A stretch of 64,000 nucleotides of DNA from Nitrospirota bacterium (lineage in GTDB: Bacteria > Nitrospirota > Nitrospiria > Nitrospirales > Nitrospiraceae). The stretch is taken from NCBI GenBank assembly GCA_963701855.1, contig CAVPBK010000006.1:1440001-1504000 (forward strand), read 5' to 3'. This document shows, in pieces, positions 60,178 to 64,000 of the stretch; within the stretch, counting starts at the first letter, position 1; the number at the start of each line of letters is the position of its first letter. A program made the position numbers and the translations under genes. A model generated the notes under the pieces. The model searched no databases. It saw only the letters and a list, made by a program, of their open reading frames with translations, and had not been told where the DNA came from.

Positions 60178-60460
60178 ATTCAGCGTCGAATGGCCGACGT
60201 GCCTTCTCCTGGTTGAACGAGGAAAGTGGTACTGGGTTCCTGGTGGCGAGGCTGATGGGAAGGTATCGAGAAGAGAGAGGTGGGCCATCGAGTAATGTCA
60301 CATTTTTGTTACGGAGACTAAGCCAACGAAATAGGTGCGGTATACGAAGCTAGAAGTTCAGGCACAGTGATTGGGCCAGTCCTCAGTGCTGGCCCAATTC
60401 GTACCTAAAAGGCGGTAGAGAAACAAGCCGAACGAGAACCGCCCTCTATGAGGAGGTCGC

Positions 60461-60541
60461 ATGCCGATAATTTTATGGTTACTTGGAGTTCCTCTGACGC
60501 TGGTTCTGGTATTATGGTTTTTCGGGATTGTGAGATTTTAA
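60461..60541 (+). CDS. 26-aa small membrane protein
   Basis: AGGAGG RBS 4 nt before ATG; MPIILWLLGVPLTLVLVLWFFGIVRF*; below the ORF-track length cutoff. Confidence 0.7.
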   Translation: MPIILWLLGVPLTLVLVLWFFGIVRF

Positions 60542-60987
60542 GCGCGAGCCAGACCGTCTTTATGGTGATGAGACTCGCAAGGTCACCGCCTATACGACAT
60601 GGATTCTCTGCTAATCTGGGGGGTGTCGTCTGAAACACCTCTCGCACTAACGCGCGGGATTCCGGGCCAAGTGCGCCAATGCGGACGTTGTTCATTTACC
60701 CATTCCTGACATTGATTCCGGAAAGACCGTCCTAACTATCGTAGTCGATATTTCTTACCCTCTTGAAAGTGGAGCCACTCCGATCCTGCATCGGGAAGCA
60801 TGGCGATATAATCAAGCTTTTAAGAACATTTATCTGTCTCCTCTAAAGTGAGTGTCTCCTCTGCTACCACGCTGCTACCGGAACCGCCGAACTCTTCCTG
60901 ATCCATCAAGAGGATGGTTCTTCCGATTCGTCAGTTTTACCTTGGGTTAGCTCGTCGTGGGTCGTGTCAGGCAGCTCTGAATCGAGT

Positions 60988-61031
60988 TTATAAGCCGCAG
61001 GTTGGAGGTTCAATTCCTCTCGCCAGCTCCA
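60988..61031 (+). other. 3' half tRNA fragment (tRNA-Thr-like), att core
   Basis: GCAGGTTGGAGGTTCAATTCCTCTCGCCAGCTCCA has a T-arm, 3' acceptor strand and CCA but no 5' half. Confidence 0.7.
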
Positions 61032-61266
61032 TTATTTCACTTACTCACGCGCATATACGACGGCGAACAGGTCATTCAGCTTCCTCCAGGTAGCAGCCTA
61101 GGTGACAAACCCTCAGCCCACGCGTTTTCGGCTCGGCAGGAGGAAGACCAATTTGGGAACTCCCACTTCCAAATCGCTACTCTGCGCGCCTCCTCAGGCA
61201 ACTGTCAGATTCCTGAATCTTCTTGCGAGACAAGGCGTCCCATGGCACACCAAATCTATGAACGTC

Positions 61267-61554
61267 ATGCGTAAATGGGCCTGGCGAGGCCTAGGAGGAA
61301 TTGGGCTGCTGTGGGCCATCGCCCTGAGCGGTTGTGGGATACTCCACCCCTCGTCCTCGTCGCCAGCCGCCTCGGTGGCGAATACAAGCGATCCAACTGT
61401 GAACTCAAGCGTAGTGCAGTCTCTCCAAAGGCAAATACGAGAACGAGATAAGCGCATTGCAGAGTTGACATCTCAATTGGACGCCTTAAAGGTGATTGAT
61501 CAAGACCTGCAGGAACGGAGAACATCACATCCAGCCGACAACCTGCGACGTTGA
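61267..61554 (+). CDS. Small coiled-coil lipoprotein
   Basis: Lipobox LSGC; LQRQIRERDKRIAELTSQLDALK. Confidence 0.7.
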   Translation: MRKWAWRGLGGIGLLWAIALSGCGILHPSSSSPAASVANTSDPTVNSSVVQSLQRQIRERDKRIAELTSQLDALKVIDQDLQERRTSHPADNLRR

Positions 61555-61754
61555 GGCCTGCAACAATTGATCAACTTCGCTAACCTGCAGCCATGCACAT
61601 CGAAGCACCTGCTCTCATCGACCACCTTCTCATACGGGCATAGCGTGGCGTTGGAACGAGGGCACGACAGAAACCTGTGAAGGCAGTCGCAGTGATCGCG
61701 ACCATCCGAGGAGTGCTCGGTACCCAGGCGTGATCGTGAGAGGAAGGAGACAGC

Positions 61755-62099
61755 ATGGCCGGGTTTGTCATGCGCACGGATCAACGACTCAAGAAATTGG
61801 TGCCGGTACGGTATCTTGGGGACGGGATGGCTGGTGAAGGAATCATCAAAGATCTTTCGCTGAGCGGGAGCTATATGACCGGGAATGCACCGGTCTCCGT
61901 CGGGATGACGCTCGCCCTGCAAATTTTTGTGCCGGGGGACCCGGAGCCGTTGCTGATCGATCGCGCTATCGTGAAATGGGTCAAGGGGTCTGAGTTCGGG
62001 GTGGACTTCGACACACCACAGCCGAAGGTGACTGAGCGAATCACAAAGATCATCTCCACGCTGGTCAAGTCACAGCATGGCTTATCCCGCAAGGGATAA
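61755..62099 (+). CDS. Stand-alone PilZ domain protein
   Basis: RTDQR and DLSLSG motifs, VKW...FGVDF; AGGAG RBS. Confidence 0.85.
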   Translation: MAGFVMRTDQRLKKLVPVRYLGDGMAGEGIIKDLSLSGSYMTGNAPVSVGMTLALQIFVPGDPEPLLIDRAIVKWVKGSEFGVDFDTPQPKVTERITKIISTLVKSQHGLSRKG

Positions 62100-62284
62100 G
62101 CTAAGCGGGCAGGTGTATTTGGCGGATCACACGGGGTCTTGCTCTGCCCTCCGCGTTCCGGAGGCATGAAGGCAGCGACGATCTTGTGTTTGAGGTCGTC
62201 GCTGTGCCTCCCGCCACTGGCTTCAATTGATAGGGCTTCCGGTTTTCCGAATACATTCCGTGAATCGGGTGAGCGAGGAAGGTG

Positions 62285-64000
62285 CTACCAGCGACCGCCT
62301 GAGGCAAGAAAAGAGGGCACGTCCGCGCAGGGCAGCGGCTTGGCAAATACATAGCCTTGCCCGTATTCGCATCCGAGCGCGCGGAGGATCATCAGCTGTT
62401 CGGCGGTTTCCACCCCTTCGGCGATCACCTGCCGCCCCAGCTGATGCCCGAGGACCACGATGGTCTTCACGATGGCGAGCGCATCGTCGTCGGCCCCCAG
62501 CCGCCGCACGAACGACTGATCGATCTTGAGAAACGCAATCGGTAGCTGCTGCAGATAGCTTAAGGACGAATAACCCGTGCCGAAATCGTCCAGGCAGGTT
62601 TGAACCCGTTGCGATGCGAGGTGTTTCAGCACCTCGGTGACCGCTTCAGGGTCTTGCATCATGTCCGACTCCGTGATTTCGATCTTGAGGCTCGACGGAT
62701 CCACGCCGGTGGCCAGCAGTACCTCGTTGACGAGTGCTGCCACATCGGCGTTCACGAAATGGCGGAGCGAAAAATTGACGCTCACGGTCAGCGGACGGAT
62801 CTGCGGGAACGCCGCGTGCCAAACCGTGAGCTGCCGGCAGGCCTCCCGCAAGCTCCACTCCCCGATTTTCGTCATCAACCCCAGTTCCGTCGCCATCTCC
62901 AGAAACCCATCAGGCCTGGTCAGCCCATACTCAGGATGTTCCCAGCGCAGCAACGCTTCAAACCCGGCGACCTGGCCTGACGTCAAGGCCACGATCGGCT
63001 GATATGCCAGCCGGAACTCCTGCCGTTCCAGCGCCTGCCGAAGATCGGCTTCCAGCTTCAACCGGACCATCGCCTGCTCATGCATGGCCGCATCGAACAT
63101 CACGAACCCCGTCCGACCGGAGGCTTTGGCCCGATGCATCGCGGTCGTCGCATCGCGCAGGAGATGGTCGCCGCTCTCATACCCGGCATGACAGCACGTG
63201 AGGCCCAGGCTCGCCGTGAGCACAATCTGCTGGCCCTGCACGGTAAACGGCGTGGCGAATTCCTGCTGGAGCCGACCGGCCACACGCGTCGCATTGCTCA
63301 GGGCTTTTAGGTTATCCAGCAGGAACGCGAATTCGTCCCCTTCCATCCGGGCCATCGTGTCGGCCGAGCGCACACGACGCAGCATGCGTTGACTGACGTC
63401 AATTAGCAGGCGATCTGCCGCCGCGGGTCCCAAGCTGTCGCGAATCACGCGGAACCCGTCCAGATTGAGCGAGAGCAGCGCGAACAGATGGCTGGGTTGC
63501 CGCCGAGTCTGCTGGTAGACACGATCCAGCCGGTCCAGAAACAGCGCGCGATTCGGCAGTCCAGTGAGCGAGTCGTGAAACGTTTCCAGAAACAGTCGCT
63601 GCTCAGCCTGGCGCTTGTCTTCGATCAGCCGTTTGCGATCGAGCGCCTGTGTCACGGAATGACCCAGGCGGCCCAGGCGGTCTTTCAGCAGATAGTCGGT
63701 GGCTCCGGCCCTCATACATTCCACCGCCGTCTCCTCACCGATGCAACCCGATACGACAATGAACGGAATATCGAGCCCTCGCTCTTGCATGAGTCGCAGC
63801 GCATCACGCGCCGTAAATTGCGGCATGGAGAAATCCGATAGAATGAAATCTGGAGGCTGGTCGAGTTCGCGCAAGTAGTCGGCTTGAGAATCGACGCGGC
63901 GGGAGGCCAGCTCGAACCCGGCGTCCCGGAGCACTTCGAGAATCAGCTCCGCATCATTCGGCGAGTCTTCGAGCAGAAGGAGGTTCAGACTCCTTGGCAT
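62285..64000 (-). CDS. REC-GGDEF-EAL c-di-GMP signalling protein
   Basis: LLLEDS/ILSDF receiver; HDSLTGLPNR and degenerate EGDEF; EALLRW and DDFGTGYSSL. The start lies at the window edge. Confidence 0.9.
   Translation of the reverse strand: MPRSLNLLLLEDSPNDAELILEVLRDAGFELASRRVDSQADYLRELDQPPDFILSDFSMPQFTARDALRLMQERGLDIPFIVVSGCIGEETAVECMRAGATDYLLKDRLGRLGHSVTQALDRKRLIEDKRQAEQRLFLETFHDSLTGLPNRALFLDRLDRVYQQTRRQPSHLFALLSLNLDGFRVIRDSLGPAAADRLLIDVSQRMLRRVRSADTMARMEGDEFAFLLDNLKALSNATRVAGRLQQEFATPFTVQGQQIVLTASLGLTCCHAGYESGDHLLRDATTAMHRAKASGRTGFVMFDAAMHEQAMVRLKLEADLRQALERQEFRLAYQPIVALTSGQVAGFEALLRWEHPEYGLTRPDGFLEMATELGLMTKIGEWSLREACRQLTVWHAAFPQIRPLTVSVNFSLRHFVNADVAALVNEVLLATGVDPSSLKIEITESDMMQDPEAVTEVLKHLASQRVQTCLDDFGTGYSSLSYLQQLPIAFLKIDQSFVRRLGADDDALAIVKTIVVLGHQLGRQVIAEGVETAEQLMILRALGCEYGQGYVFAKPLPCADVPSFLASGGRW

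Noticed and set aside
60405..60695. 96-aa minus-strand ORF
   Set aside because: No motif; it overlaps the better-supported plus-strand microprotein with a strong RBS.
60960..61031. Complete tRNA gene
   Set aside because: No 5' acceptor strand or D-arm; only the 3' half is present.
50205..61100. Prophage or intact ICE
   Set aside because: No integrase, structural, replication or conjugation genes in the window.

Overview
Bacterial chromosomal window; gene content and the intergenic repeat family suggest a Nitrospira-like organism (inference, not checked). Bases 1-50,200 are mostly core genes: a putative lysine-catabolic operon, tRNA-Leu-tig-clpP-clpX, tandem PilZ genes, an unusual tatA, rimO, purU, a two-component pair, an orphan sdhA/frdA, gcvP, PBP1A, typA, peroxiredoxin/thioredoxin, a rubrerythrin-Fe-S oxidoreductase-DUF3501 cluster, rfbC, HU, tRNA-Arg and tRNA-Lys. 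Intergenic spaces carry at least 12 copies or half-copies of a modular MITE-like family with CAGGATGCTGAAAAAG-type ends and interchangeable cargo. There is also one IS1380-like MITE with a CTAA duplication and one intact IS256 with a 9-bp target duplication. From tRNA-Lys (about 50,200) to about 61,100 lies a mosaic accessory region with no integrase. It contains an att-bounded RelE/XRE toxin-antitoxin islet, a DUF3883 nuclease-like gene, a tightly coupled TIGR04255-X-HEPN operon (best candidate for an undescribed defence or toxin-antitoxin-chaperone-like system), a kaiC next to a CheB-Crp fusion, several pseudogenes, an unlisted 26-aa membrane protein and an attP-like tRNA-Thr fragment. All family assignments come from motif recognition by eye; no database searches were run.
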